From Glaucostegus cemiculus (taxonomy: Eukaryota): a stretch of DNA of 64,000 nt. The DNA is taken from the NCBI GenBank assembly GCA_976551045.1, contig CDPCPM010000280.1, positions 1,054,001 to 1,118,000 of the forward strand, written 5' to 3'. The notes under the pieces were generated by a model. That model worked only from the letters and a program-made list of their open reading frames with translations, did not search any database and was not told where the DNA came from. Below are positions 39,301 through 53,739 of this stretch, one piece after another. Within the stretch, counting starts at the first letter, position 1, and each line of letters opens with the position of its first letter. The position numbers and the translations under genes are program-made.

Positions 39301-41660
39301 TCTTTTTAACTTTGTTTTAAATTACTGTGAAGTTGGCTTCCAGAACTACCTGAGCCATCTAAAACAAAATGATGCTTGGAAAGTATAAAGCATATCAGTA
39401 TTTCAAGTATGGGGCAATTTCTTTGCCTGTAAACAGGCATGCTGTCTGTTGATAACTCATTGGCAAACATTATTATTGACAGTTCAATGCGTGAAGTTTT
39501 TAATGCAAGACCCTCAAACTAATGAACAAATAAAATTGGACAAACAACAAATTGCTTCCTCCTTCCACTTGACTCCCTCCATCTCCTCCCCTCCCCCCCA
39601 CCTTCAAGGATACATTAACCCTTGTGAAGCTCCATTGAAAAAGCCCTTGCAGTCTTTATTATGTTGCTTCACCGTTTGCAAATCATTAGTAAATAATATG
39701 CTACTGTTTCTCACCATTGAGTTCACAATGAGTGAAAGATCAGCCCTTGGCAGAATAATGATTATGTGCTGTTTGTCATAATTTGAAGCTGAGGTGGTGT
39801 GTGGAGACCGCGCATGTTGAGAGCAACAGGTGAGGGTGCCACACCACATGTGTTTGAGATTGAAATGCTCTCTAGCTTTTTTTCTACTTGACCATAGTAT
39901 AAAGACAAGGAAAAATGGAGGGGGTTGGGTTGGGTTTGCTGGAATGGTGAGCAGCGTGAGGGCAGGAAGTTCCACATAAGCTGGGTATTAACCTTTTCCA
40001 AAAACTCCCAAAACCTTTCTTCCTCAACAGTCACTGTCACCTAGCTAGTGTCCTGTCACGTCCAGCACTTTATTTTGCCTTACTTTTTAACTTTTTTTTT
40101 AGTCTGAACTTTTTTTTAATATATATATAATATATAAATAGTTTATTTAAAGCTTTGATTATTTAATTTATTTTCTTTTGTTCTTTCTTTGTTTCAAAAA
40201 GCATTTAAGCTTTTTTAGCCTTTCAAAAATAGGACGATTTTTTTGTGGGGTCACATTCATTGCCTTGACATCATACGAGACAGTAAGGTCTAGTATGATG
40301 TATTCTGCTGGCCAGTAATGTCCATATTCTTGGCTACTGTCAGTAACCTGGGTGGACTCTGTATATATAGAAGAACATGATAGGGAAATGAATGCAAACA
40401 ATGAAAAAAACGTGGGATGCCAACAATGAATTATTTTACTGTGAGTGGTTATGAGATTGGTGATGGCAGAATGGGAATTTGTATAGTTTTATCTGAATGA
40501 GCTAGCAATGTGGATATACTGTTTGTAAATAATGTATATATACTTAAAATGATGGAAAAAAAACAACGGAGATATGTGCATGACTGTAATGAAAAAAAAA
40601 CAAAAGGAAGTATTAGAAGCAAACGACCTGTAAAATGAAAAAAAAATTCACTGTAAGAATTCCTTATTTTAAATGTTCTTTAGAAGGACATTTTTGCTAA
40701 AGCATGATTACTTGCAAAAAAAACTACTGTACTTAGAATTAGAAAACAAACAGCAAAATGATATAACTGAAAAGTTTATGTTTACATATTTCTTTTCTGT
40801 TTGGCTACCAAGACTTATCTCCTTTGCCAATGGGTGCCAAGTAATGTGAATGCTGTATTGCTAAATGAAAAGACACAACATTAAGTTATAATCTTTGCTG
40901 AGCAGGTTACTGTAAGGATATAATATATATATAGCATTATACCATAAATCACTCTTTGAAAAGAAAGATTAACAGGCATTTTTATGTTAAATACTGTGTG
41001 ATAAATACAGTGGAANNNNNNNNNNNNNNNNNNNNNNNNNNNNNNNNNNNNNNNNNNNNNNNNNNNNNNNNNNNNNNNNNNNNNNNNNNNNNNNNNNNNN
41101 NNNNNNNNNNNNNNNNNNNNNNNNNNNNNNNNNNNNNNNNNNNNNNNNTATATTAGAAAAAGCAAACTTGACAGTAATGGAGAGAATGTCCACTTCATCT
41201 GTTCATCTGAGATTAGAAAAACAGGTCACGACATTGCACAAAAAAAAATTTAAAAAAGAAAATTCTAGAAAATGCAAAGCTTTGTTGCACACTGCAACAG
41301 CCCAGAGACGTAAGCTACGACAGACACTCCTGGGGTTGCTCACAATTGCATGTGATACTAGTGTAGATTCTCCTTTTTTTTTGTCTCTCTTTTCTTGTCC
41401 CTTCTCTTTTTCTCTTTCTCCCTCTTCACTCTTTTGTTTATAACCTTTTTGATTTTACCTTTTGTTTCAGTTTTTCCTATTTTTGTATGTCTGCATGTGA
41501 GAGTGTCACTGGGTCGTTTAGAATCTTTACAAGGGATAGCCCAGCTGCCAGAGTCATGCAAACATTTTAAATTCCCCTTCAAAATTATGTAAGATGTTTT
41601 TGAATGCTTTATAATCCTTTCTGCTGTAAATTAAAAAAAACAAAGAAAAATCTCCTCATG
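36354..41660 (+). other. CAMTA1: CAMTA1 long 3' UTR (about 5.3 kb, inferred extent)
   Basis: TE-poor, AU-rich tract after the stop codons, ending at a poly(A)-site-like arrangement. Confidence 0.65.
41016..41148. other. Assembly gap (133 N)
   Basis: Run of n. Confidence 1.
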
Positions 41661-41675
41661 TTAGTTTGTTAAATT
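41630..41675 (+). terminator. Putative CAMTA1 polyadenylation signal and cleavage region
   Basis: TGTA immediately upstream, ATTAAA at 41630-41635, CA about 22 nt downstream, then GU-rich tgttagtttgtt. Confidence 0.6.
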
Positions 41676-44600
41676 TATTTCTGAATATATATTGTTTGAT
41701 ACTCACTAACTTTCTCATTGTATGGACAACTTTTTGACTCTTGGCACAAAGGTGCCCTCCATTGGGTTGGTTATCAAATTATTTCTGTCAGGTTTCTTTC
41801 CTGTTTCTTTTAATTATTGTTCTGGGCCTCTCCCTTTTCTTCCCTGGATATCACTTTCCTGCCAATAGTCTTCCCTTTCCTCCCCTTTCATTTCCTGATC
41901 TTATCTTACTGTTAGCTTCCCCAGATTTCCTCTTTCCCAAAACTTCCCCTTGCTGGTGGTCATCGTCCCCTTACTCTTTCCGAGTTGCATGCAGCTTCAT
42001 GATATCCTCTCAAACCTCGCATGAATCCAGAGTTCCACCTCTGGTTGATGGTCCCTGGAGGTTTAATCTATCTCTCCTCGTCAAAATGCCTTTATCCCAG
42101 CTCCAATATTTTTAAAACTAATAAGCAAAATTTACATCAAGGAAAATGAAAAGGATATCTATTTTTATTTATCCAGAACAATGCCCACAGATTCATCTTT
42201 AATTTATGGAGGCTCACGGGCAATCCTGAAAGGTTAGTAACCCTGCTTTCTTCAGTCGACCTAGATAAAGAAAGTCATCAGTCTGTTAATCCATGAAGGG
42301 TTATACAGCCGACTCCTGCTTTCTCTGGCACATGTCCTTTTGAGATTTTCTCCCCCTATGTCCTACCACAGACTGGTCTTATTTTCACCTTGAGTCTGTG
42401 TGACTGTAGGTGCCCCTCTGAAGTATCTCTCAGTTTTTGTCTACAGTGTTGTCCATCCATAGTGATGTGTTTTTATGTGGCCAGTGAAGTAGATACTCCT
42501 CTGGCTACACATAGTTGATCCTGCACTGGAGGGATATTTTTAAATGTCTGATTTTCACATTGTCTCTTTGTCATTGTCTCCATGGGTAATTGTCTAATTT
42601 CCATATGTGCCTCCCTCCATTTGCAATGCAGGCAACTCAGTATCATGGGATTAGTGTACATCCTGCTTGTCCAGCCAAGCCCTTACACACCTCTGTGAGA
42701 CTGCCTCACCTTACACTTGCATTATGTACTCTGAAGAGTAACTACTGACGAGATATCACCCCAGCAGCAGCTGTATGTGCTTCCTTCTTCAAGGTATTTC
42801 AAGCATATTGTTGTTCTTGTTGTTAGCTTGGGCTCCTGCCCCTGACAATCTCAAAAGCAGAACAGGCTGGCTCCTAGGAAGGTGACCAAGAAAATGGTTA
42901 TAAGCACAAAAGGATGGACAAAACACTGTGAATGAAGGCAGAAATAACTAATTTAAAAGCAAAATATGGCAGATCCCCTCTTGCTACGTCTTTAAAAAGG
43001 ACTAAACCTGGAACATTGAAGGGAAATGTGGGCACTGGCATCAGCCCAACAAGAAGAAAGAATTACTTCAGCATTTGACTAAATAAAGCAGTGATCAAGA
43101 AGGACAGATTGTGATGGAGGTACAATGCTGGACCTTACTAGCCACTCCAGTGCTGTCAAAAGGAGCCAAGATAAATCAGAGAGAGGTTTCACTTTTTGAT
43201 TCCTCTCCTTCAAAATCATGATGGCTTATTTCATGGTAACATAGCTCAAGCAAGGCTGGTCACCCTCCTGCCATTTTGGCTGCATCTGGCATGAGCAGGA
43301 GGAAATATCAGAGCAGAGAAAATGTGTATACAGCAGGATGAAATATTGGAGGCTAACTCAGCATATTATTCATCAGCCATTGGATATTCAGTTCAACAGC
43401 AGTTGGCAGTTGCGCTGAATCAGTCTTCTGAACCAGCTGTCTCCCCTTCATCTACAGAACAGCTCACTGGAATTTTTAATTTAACATAAAGAACCATGGA
43501 GACACTAAACATTTAGCTTGCCACAGCACTATAATAACTTCCCCAACCAGAAGTTTTCACGGAGTGAGTAAACATTGACGAGAGACCAATGCATCCACTT
43601 CATTCTTGTTCACTTCACGAGGGGCTTCTAGGCAGTGTGCCTCTTCTATCTGCTTTCCGAAGCACTCAGTGGGTTGGCTGAAGCTGGTTGAGGGATAACA
43701 AGCTGTGTGGAAAGCCCAGATGTAAAATGGAAATGTAATTGTGAGCCATGTGACAGATAAAAGCTTATCTACGGTTCTGTTGTGTTGTTCCCTTCTTATC
43801 TAATTCTTGAGTTACATTGTGGTTAGTTTCATACAGGAACCAGCAATGTCGTTGGGACTCCTTTGTTAATATTCTGTTAATCTTACAGCTACTCTGACAC
43901 ACATTCTATGTGTATAAAGTGTCAGGATGTGTTGCGAACCTATTTATGAGAGAGTACCATATCTGTGAAACGTGTTGCCAGCTGATATAGTGAGTACTGG
44001 CCTTCAAACCAGGCCTGCTCTGGAAGATATGGCATGACAAAGAATGTTTCTCATGCTAAGAGCTAGTCTTCTGAACTGGATTTCAATCGTCCAAAGGAGC
44101 CTGAGGAAATTTTTAGAGCCATTGTTTTCTGAGTTTCTTTTTGTTTCTTTTTGCCTCCAACGGGAGATTAAGTGCCTCAGGAAAAGAGCGAGAGGGTAAG
44201 TGTGTTATATCATGTTGAATAATTTACTCACATGATAAGCAGGATTATTCCCTCTCATGGGGGGACCCTTGACCATGTGTTAAAGATAGTTTGTTCAGGA
44301 GTGATGTCAGGAAGCAAATTCTGTTATATGGACTCACAAATCCCTTTATCATTTCCCTCACAATGATGCTGTGTGCAGGTAACACAGCGGTGGACTTCAA
44401 TATGCAATATGCATTGCATGTCTCTCAAATGGTGCTGGTAGTGTGGCACTGGTAGAAGATGATGCCCGTTGCATCAGCTGGGGGTAGCCACATCTGGACT
44501 TCAGTAGCACTGCTGTCAGGAGACATGTCATTAGCACTGGACCCCCAGTGACTGCTGACCCAGAAAGTCTGGCAGAAATCAGGAAACCCCTCTCCCCTCC

Positions 44601-45874
44601 AATTAATTACAGGCCTGATAACATATGAACATCAAAGTAGCTGTGAACTAGATAGATAAATTGATCTGAATTGTGTTGTAGCATATCAGCACAAATGGTA
44701 TACCCCTCAAATGACTCTGGGATGAGTGGGAGCAAAATCTGCCCATCAGAAAGCTGGTGACATAGGGTGCACTACTGGATTCACTCTGTGCCCCATAGAT
44801 TTGCACTAATGGGTGAGCTGTAAAATTGAGGCTCCACCCACTCCCCACTGGTTAACTGCCACGCCTGGAGAATTTGTTTAAAATTACCCCACTAGAATCA
44901 AAGAATATTTTTTGGCCCATTGTTCTCATGCTATCTAAGCTAATTCTCTTGCTCTTTCCCCATAATTGTCTATATTTTCTTTCCATTCAAGTATTTATCC
45001 AGTTCTCATTTTGAAAGTTACTGTTGTATCTGCTTCCACTATTGCAGCAGCACGTTTGGAACACAACTTGCTCTGTTAAACAATGCCCTCACTACACTGG
45101 TTCTTTGGCAATTTACCTTAAATCTCTATCTTTTGGCCCTCCTGCCACTTGAAACAGTCTCTGGTTATTCACTTCATCAGAATGAGAGGAAATCTCGGTT
45201 TCAGATGCATGAAGTGGATTAGCTCTGCTCAAAGCTAGTTAACACCTTCCAAATAGAGCAAGTCTACCATCAGAATGGGCAATGAGATGAGATGAAAAAC
45301 TGAAAAGAAAGTACCATTGGCTCAGCCTGTCAAAACAAGAGTGAAAGACACCTTTGGAGGTGAGTTGGACATCATTAGATTCCTTTTGCAAAGGGGTTTG
45401 AAGTGTTCAATTGCTTTTGAAATTGAGATTTTTTTTACATTTTGCTCTTTGGAATTGTTATGAGCAATTTGTTCACTACATTAAGAAATAGGTAAGTCAA
45501 TATTGGTGTATCAAAGAATGAAAAAATAAAGAAATATGTCAGTAAAAACTACCAAACCCAAAGGTTTTATTTAATATTTGCTGATTTTGAAATCCCGACA
45601 CCCTGAAATGAGATTCAGGTCATAGACAAGAATGGCTCAATATTATAGTGGATTATGTATCCAGGGAACATGACATAAATTCCAGTTTGGGAATTAAAAT
45701 TTGGTTGAAGATAAAATTGGAGATAAATGTAGATGTAAATGTAACCAGTTAGAAACTCAGCTGGTCAACAAGTGGCCTTTGGACACGAGTATGGTCTGGG
45801 CTTTTATGGATTCCAGTTCCATATCACCATGATTGATCCAACTGACTCCTGAAGTATCCCAGATGGACACTTAC

Positions 45875-46180
45875 TTGGATTAGCAACTAGTGGAGCTGCT
45901 GCTTCACAGTGTCAGTAATCCAGTTCAGTCCCGACTTCCAGTATGAAGTTTGCATGTTCTCTCTGTGACCACCTGGGTTTCCCCTCAGTGCTCCAGTTTC
46001 CTCCCACTTCCCAAAGATGTGTGGGTTGGTAATTAAATCGACCTCTAAATTGCCTTCAGTGTGCAGGTAAGTGGTAGTATCTGGGGAAATTGATGGAAAT
46101 GTAGGGAGAATAGATTATAGGAAAATTAGTGTGAGTTAGCATGGGCTCAGTAAGCTGAATGGCCTTCTATGTCATAAGGA
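45875..46180 (+). mobile_element. HE1-like V-SINE
   Basis: gagctgctgcttcacag head; V-domain agtttgcatgttctctctgtgaccacctgggtttcccctcagtgctccagtttcctcccacttcccaaaga; CR1-like tail. Confidence 0.8.
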
Positions 46181-48379
46181 AAGATAGAAGTATTGTTTGG
46201 ATGATAGCAGTCTTGTCGGCTGCACCTCCCCAGCTATCTCACCCCCACAACTACCAGTCTCCCTGTGGAGAGTTAATTTTTTAAATCTCAGTGATGCATG
46301 ATAATTTACCAATTGAAGCCAAATCTCAAACAAATTCTGGTGTCTGTCCTGATGGCCAGTGTTTCTCTGGTGTTGCAGAGTTTTGGAATGCAAAACACAG
46401 CTGACACTGGGAGGAACCAATTACAAATCTGGCAAATATTTTTTCCACTCTAGTTTTCTTGCATTCCAAACTACCTCTAACATGAAAAAGTGGTCAGAAT
46501 CACTCCCTACCATCATCCAGTGTAGGTAGGTGCAAAGAAATACTGTGAGCTAGTGGTTCTCCAGTGCCGATCAGATAAGATAAACTGGGAGAATGTATGG
46601 AGCATAAGCACAATTGAATTAGATACTGTTTCTGTTTCTTTACTGTAAATTCTACATAATTCTGCATAGAACTTAATTGTTGTTTCCTCACTCCAGTCCA
46701 AGTTAATAATTGACCGTGACAATTTAAGTAGGGTCCATAGTCCTTAGATTCTCACTGTCATCTTTTAAGATTGCCCCTAAACGCTACCTATTTGGCCAAG
46801 TTTTGGTCATCTGGGCAAATGTCTCCTTGTGTGGTTCCATTTTATTTTTTATTCTATGACACACCTTGGGAGGTTTTGCAACATTAAAAACATTACATGA
46901 ATGCAAGATGTTATTTCTTGAAGGAAGTGTCCAAATCCAAAGTAATAAGGTGTAAGAAAAGCCTAGAATATAAAGCACAGAAACTGGCCATTTGAACCAA
47001 CATGCTTATTCCAGTGTTTATATTCCTCATGAATATCCTCTCACTTAATTTCATGTAATTATATTATCCTAGCAATTTATTCTTTGTTCCCTTCTGCTTA
47101 TCTACTTCACATATAAAAGTAACAATGCTATTTGACTCCCAATGGTAGGGAGTTCCATGTTCTCACTACCACCCTGATTGGATGTATTAGTGCCTATTGC
47201 TAATTACTCTGAGGGCATGAGTAAGGCATGTATGTGGGATTGAAGTTTTTTGTAAAGTGGACTAGGTATGCTTAAGGACAAGAGGGTAACTATTGTTATT
47301 CACCAGTTTTACAGCTTTTTCCAGTAAAAGCCAACAATTTTTATAATGTTCCATAGTAAAGTTTTAAATTCATGGGTTATAAGATAGGACCATGATCTTT
47401 GTTCCAGTGGCTGATTTGGGAGACTGGATTCTGGACCTTCACCTGAGCCCAGGGGGATGATACAGGAGTCACCAGGGGTCTTGCTATGACTAGTGCTTCA
47501 ACTTCAGTGTCAGTGGCTGAGCTAATGTGGGAAGTGGAAATGACAAAGCATAATTTTCTCCTCATCCACTTTAGTACAGTTCCCATCTTCTGAAATGCTT
47601 GGGCTGGTGAGACTAAGGCTCCTTGTTGGTGAAGCCTACTGAGGGAATTGGGGTACAGATATCTGAAATGGAAATGCATCCCTGATCCCATGGGGAAGGC
47701 AAAAAATTCATTTTGTTTTCTTGGTTGCCTCATTCTAATTGTATTAATGATTTTCTTGACAGTGCCTGTTCTTGGTGTATGAAGCCTGAATATCAGTGCT
47801 GTTATTCCAGCCATGGTGAAGGGCAGCCAGCAGCGATTCATTTCCCATCCATTAACAGCAGCAATCCAACTGCAGAGAAAGAGGTATTGAAAAATAATAG
47901 TTTCAAATTTCCTGTCTCTTGGCATCCAGTCCTTTCTGCCTTACCTGTTTTAATTAGCATTGAAGCAACTATTTGTTCTAACCAGTTTTTCGATGTTTTA
48001 GCACAGAGTACAGTTCCCACTTTGGCGAGTAAAGGGTGACTTCATTTTAATTATTTATTTGTTTACTTTAGTTTTGCCATTAGATTTTGTTAACCTTGTA
48101 GTTTTCATTTGCAATGCAAACTAGGAGTGAAAGGGAGTTAGCAAGTTTCCTGCCAATCTCCCAATTAATTGGATAATAAGGTGGAACTGGCTAACTGAAA
48201 ATATTCTCAACTAACTTTGAACTTGTGGTACCAGGGAATATAAAATTGTAGATTCTGCACAAGGACAGTATAAATCCCATTGATTACAGAGCTTGTGGAG
48301 TGGGGGCTTTTATGATGATGGTTTCCTTGGTTAGGGTGTATAGTTTCACCAGCCATAGTCATAGTTTCACCAGCCATTT

Positions 48380-48630
48380 GGGAAAAAGATGAGAAGAAAT
48401 TTCTTCACCTTGAGGATAGTGACTCTTCTGAATTTTCTAGCCATGAGGCCATGGAGGTTTAGTCACTAAGTACTTAGTACTTAACACTTAGATTAGATAT
48501 TAATGGAGCTGAGAAGTCATGCAGAAAGAGATACTGAGGTAGAAGATCTACCATAATCTTATTGAATGGCAGAAAAGGAGTAAGGGGCCAAATGGCTTCT
48601 CCTGCTTCCATTTCTTATATTTTTGTGTAA
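48380..48630 (+). mobile_element. Decayed CR1 3' end
   Basis: gatgagaagaaatttcttcac... and tail ttgaatggcagaaaaggagtaaggggccaaatggcttctcctgcttcc; similar fragments at 12720-12950, 22420-22590, 49260-49550 (+) and 21620-21860, 44890-45180, 46960-47190 (-). Confidence 0.65.
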
Positions 48631-50814
48631 CTCAAGAACTCCATAGATTGATAAAAAAAATTAAGACAAAGAGGCACCAAATGTGAGCATTGCTAGCAAC
48701 ACCATTTATTGCTATACTGGAGTTTTCATTTTTCTTTAGTGTTTCAGCAGTTCATACTGGCAGATGTTTAGGCAACTGGCTGCCCTACCCACAAAGGCCC
48801 AAGAGTGGCACAAACCATGCATTAGGTCAGTAGATGACAGCTCACTTATTATGCATTCTCACAGAGAGTTTGTGAGTGTAACTTGCAACAGTCTTTGAAA
48901 GAGGCAGCAGCTCTGAGAGTTCACCCTCTGAGGTCCAACATTTTCAGCTGAGCAAGATGAATTTCAGAGATCCATTGAATACAGTTTCCTATCTGTCAGA
49001 TCATTTGGTGCAGATAAAAGGTGATAGCAGTCTTCTTTGTCATCGACTATTCTCACAGGTGTTTTGCTTCCACAAACAGAAGGAAGTATTAGGTGCTGCA
49101 AAATATCCAAAACACTCTTGGATAGAGGATTCAGGCACATACATTTAACATACTTAATACTTAACATTTTACAGGAAGTACAAGTAGAGGCTGGAGGGAA
49201 AAAAATCTACATTTATTCAGCACTGAATCACATCTTCTTAATGATTGTTACTGATTTGCTATTCCCATTAGCAGATGGTTCAAGGACCAGGAACATAGAT
49301 TTAAAATGTTGAGCAGAAGATATAAGTGGTTTGTGAGGATTTTTTTTCCACTCAAAGAGTAGTTAAGATCTGCAATTCAATGACTGTAGTAGTGGTGGAA
49401 ACAGAGTCAATCAGTGCCTTCAAAAGGGATTTGTACATGGACAAGAGAGAGAATAACTCACAAGGCCATGGTTGAAGATGGAAAGAATAGGACGTCTATA
49501 CCAGGAGCTGGTGTAGTCTTCAGTCAAATAGCATAATAATTTCATGATTTTATTTTTCAAGTGAATGGCATACGTGTTGAATATTTAAGTCATTTTTTTT
49601 TATTGAAGGGTAGTCACTTTTACAGTCTGAGAAACTCAATTGCCAGTTTGCATACAGCAAAATTCCACAGCAGGAATGTTATCATCTGTTGCAAAGCTGT
49701 TGGATATGGAATTTGCCAGGATTCAGGGGAGGATTTCCAGGCTCCTTTTGGTGTAGGATCTGCCTATACCCCAAAATGGCTTAACATAGCCCTGGTGCAA
49801 CATCTAATCTGCAAGACAACACTTTGGACAGTGCAGCATTTCCTCAGTCCTGCACGGAAATACTGGCTTGCCACTCAAAACTCATGACAGCTCCATCCTT
49901 GCATTAACTAACATTTACTCTGTAGTTTGTTGCTTGATTTTCATGGGAAAACTGTTCTTAGCACTGTTGCCTATTTGTTGGATAAATTCCCAAATAGACA
50001 CCCAAGTCTGCCCAGGAGTACATAGGGAAAAGGGGACAGAAACAAGCCATTTGGTCCAACCAATCCACCTCCTCCAGGCTGTCAGTAACAGTAATTGGTG
50101 ACCAATGGGAATTAAAGAGGATAGAGATATTAACTTACCCCAACAGCTCAAAGATCTGTAGCTCACGCACAAAATCTTGGCCATACCCTAAACTAACACA
50201 TCAGTTGTGGCATCTTCGATTAAATAGTCAATTTACTGATTGCAGTAAAGCATAGAATTTTTTTGTCACATTTGGCACAACGTTTAACATCTGTAATTGG
50301 GGTCACAGTTCAACAGTACTGCACAGGGAGTGCCAGCCTGAATTAAATGTTCAAGTCGCAGAAAGGGACTGGTATCTTCTGACTCAGAGGCAAGACTGAC
50401 ACTAAGTACACACTGATGCTTTTTATAAGGGGTTGATTGAGGCTATGTAGGAATGTTGTTGAGTTCTGGTTAGTGTTTGCCTCTAAGGATACAGATGTTA
50501 CTGTCAGGGAAACATGATGAACAGCACTTTGGAAACAAAAGCTGCTGTAAACACAGGAAGAGCAGATTCTCCAGAGACTCACAAGGTACAATAACACAGA
50601 TCTGTATTTCCCTGGCTGTCTTGAATTTCTGCACTATAGAAGTTTGTTTACTGTTTTATAAAGTTTTATCACACTAAATTAGCTTCTCATTAATTTTTTT
50701 GAAATTGCCCGATAAAAATTGCCTCAACTCAAAAACCATACAGTTAGATTTTAAATTTGTGTAATGTGTGAAAGCAAATCAGAAACTTGTTTAACATCCT
50801 TGTCTGATATCACT

Positions 50815-51685
50815 TATTTTCTATTTGGACAGCGAAGAAGGCTGTCAAAGCTTGTAAAGTGATCTGGACCAGCTGGGAAAATGGGCTGAAAAATGGCAGA
50901 TAAATTTAATGCAGGCAAGTGTGAGGTGATGCACTTTGGGAGGACAAACCAGGGCAAGACTTGCACAGTGAATGGTAGGGTACTGAGGTGTGTGCTAGAA
51001 TAATGAGACCTAGGAATACAGATCCATAATTCCTTGAAAGTGTCATCGCAGGTAGATAGGGTTGTAAAGAGAGCTTTTGGCACATTGGCCTTCATAAATC
51101 AGGGATTGAGTACAGGAGTTGGGATGTTATATTGAAGTCGTATAAGACGTTGATGAGGCCAAATTTAGAGTATTGTGTGCAGTTCTGATCACCTACCTAC
51201 AGGAAAAATAAGACTGAAATTTTACATGGATGTTGCTGGGACTTGAGGACCTGAGTTACAGGGATAGGTTGAAGAGGTTTGCACTTCATTCCCCGGAGCA
51301 CAGGGAAATGAGGGGAGATCTTATAGAGGTATACAAAATTATGTGAGGTATAGGTAGGGTGAATGCATGCAGGCATTTTCCCCTTAGTTGGGTGAGACTA
51401 GAACTAGAGTTCATAGGTTTAGGGTGAAAGGTGAAATATTTAAGGGGAATCTGAGGGGAAACTTTTTCACTCAGAGGGAGGTGCGAGTGTGGAACGAGCT
51501 GCCAGCAGAAGTGGTGGATGTGGGTTCAGTTGTAACATTTAAGAGAAGTTTGGATAGGTACATGAATGAGAGAGGTATGGAGGGCTATGGTCCAGGTGCA
51601 GGTAGATGAGCCTAGGCAGAAAACCAGGCCAGCAAGGACTAGATGGGCGAAAGGGCCTGTTTCTCTGCTAAATGATCTGTGACTT
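50815..51685 (+). mobile_element. 5'-truncated CR1/HER1-type LINE
   Basis: KWQI.FNAGKCEVMHFGRTN, LYKTL.RP.LEYCVQF, RGDLIEVYKI and TRVHRFRVKGEIFKGNLRGNFFTQREVRVWNELP, with stops and frameshifts; tail gggcgaaagggcctgtttc. Confidence 0.9.
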
Positions 51686-51899
51686 TTATTTAGGATTATG
51701 TGGATGAAGTGTAAGGGTCTGCAGACTCATTTCACTCTTTTTACACTATTGCACTGCCAGGTTCAACCCCCATGCTTCAGGTGGCTTTTCCTGTCAGCAA
51801 TAACCCCTGATTGAGAGTGGTGGCTGGATAGTCAACCAGAGGGAGCTTCAACTTCTAATATCCTCGTGTACACTCTCTTGTAACTTTCTCAGTTTTGCA

Positions 51900-52205
51900 G
51901 CTTTAATATTACACTGAAGTATGACATTGCTGACTACGGTTCACCCCATTCAGAGGTTTCTCCTTTCAGATGAGGCATCAAACTGGGGCCCAGTCTGCTC
52001 TCTCATGTGGATGTAATTGATTCCATGTCACTCTTTAGCAAAGTGACAAGGGAGTTCTCTCTGGCAATACTTATCCATCAACCAATGAAACTGGTCTTTG
52101 ACTTTTTATCACAGTGCTGCCATGGGAGTTTGCTGGGCATAAATTCCCATGCCCTGTTTCTTATACTACAACAGTGACTGCAAAAGTGATTCATTGGCCA
52201 CCAGG
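51900..52205 (+). mobile_element. Deu-SINE (SacSINE1/AmnSINE1-like) Deu-domain and tail
   Basis: ctttcagatgag...tctgctctctcatgtggatgtaa...gggagttctc...tgtttcttatactacaacagtgactgca...ttcattggc. Confidence 0.65.
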
Positions 52206-53739
52206 AAATCAGCAAAAAACATCATGTAACTCTGACACAGACATGATGAGCTGAAAGCCCTCATGTTGTTTCATTCTATGGTTCTGTACCATTCGAAGAT
52301 ACTTAGCTTTACTCTGAGGAGAGCAATTCTTTGCCTCTGCACTTCAAACATTCACAAGCCACCTATCTTGAATTTCTGCAATACACTATTACATTAATTT
52401 GTTGCCACTTAGTTGAGAAGGTGGTTCATGGTGTTCTAGCACTAACCTTGACAAAGCTCCTTAGTACAATTATTGCCATTTTAATTTTATAGGAGAGAAA
52501 ATTTAATTTTAATAAGGAGAGAAAATACCAGAAATATTGAACAGGTCAGGTGCCTGCTCTGTTTTTCCAATATTTTCTGATTTAATTTCATATCATTTCA
52601 TTTCATATTGAAAATATTTTGCTTCTGGGTTGTTTGAATTCCATTTCCTAAAAATCCCCTGTTTTTATTTCAGCCTAACTCTGACTCTTGGGTAACATGC
52701 CTTTTTCAAGAGTCTGTTGTTAGTGTCTGTGCTTGGAGAGTGGTAGAAGGTTAATCATAGGGCAAAATATCATAACTGAGCCCTGGTGAAGATCAGAATC
52801 ACAAGACAACCAGATGAATCCACTTCCCAGCAGAAATTCCTGGATCAGGAGCTGGAAGCCTGGAATGTTCCTTTAACAACTCTGGCTTGGGAGCCTAACT
52901 TCTTGAAGCCAAGCCATTTGAGAAATGTGGGTCATGATTCTCCAAATCTTCCTGAGGTCGGACATTGTGGTTTTGGCAAACACCCTCGATATTGCTCACG
53001 GAATCCTTTACAAGTTTCCCAGACCTGCCTGCACATATTGGTGGATGTTTCACTTCAATCACCCCATAGACTCCTATCATTGCTGACCCGACACATCCAT
53101 CCTCTCAATGCCTGTCTTCCCTTAACCAACTGGAAATCATACAGACTCGTGATAATCTGATTGGATGATGCTAGGCTTGTTAATCTGTTGATAATACTTT
53201 AGTAACTCTTCAAAGGAAATCATATGCTTCTTAAAATATCTCCACAAGTTTGCCTAACAACATGCTTGGAGATTAATTCCTGGTGGCTCTAGGGCAGTCC
53301 CAGGGGGACAGCACTATAAACGTTTGTCACTTATCTTTAGCTTTGTGTAGTTTCCGCGGCACCCACTAATTACAAAAATCTGTAATAAATTATTAGCAGT
53401 AATGGAGATCATTGTCGAAACCCAACCATTCATTAAAATCCTTTTAGGGAAAGAAATGTGGTCTGGTCTATATGTCATTCCAAACCCACAGAATGGTTGG
53501 CCTATTTTTCCTTCTTTTTAATGGTGTTAAAGCAGCAATTTTTTTAATGTAATTCTGTTTTTTAAAGTTCCATGAAGATCTCCATCTTCTGTTGTAAGTT
53601 ACCCAGAAAATGTTGTCAGGTTTTCCCACATTATACCACGTTTTAGGCAGTTTCAGTGCACACAATTGTATTGATCCACTGGGGGAGTGCACAGATGCTG
53701 ATACTTAGCCCTGTAGCAGTGATGCAGGGAGCTAGCCCC

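Noticed and set aside
40881-41198. ORFs spanning the N run
   Set aside because: Artefacts of the assembly gap
47377-47925. 182-aa minus-strand ORF
   Set aside because: No recognisable homology, promoter or poly(A) context; probably spurious
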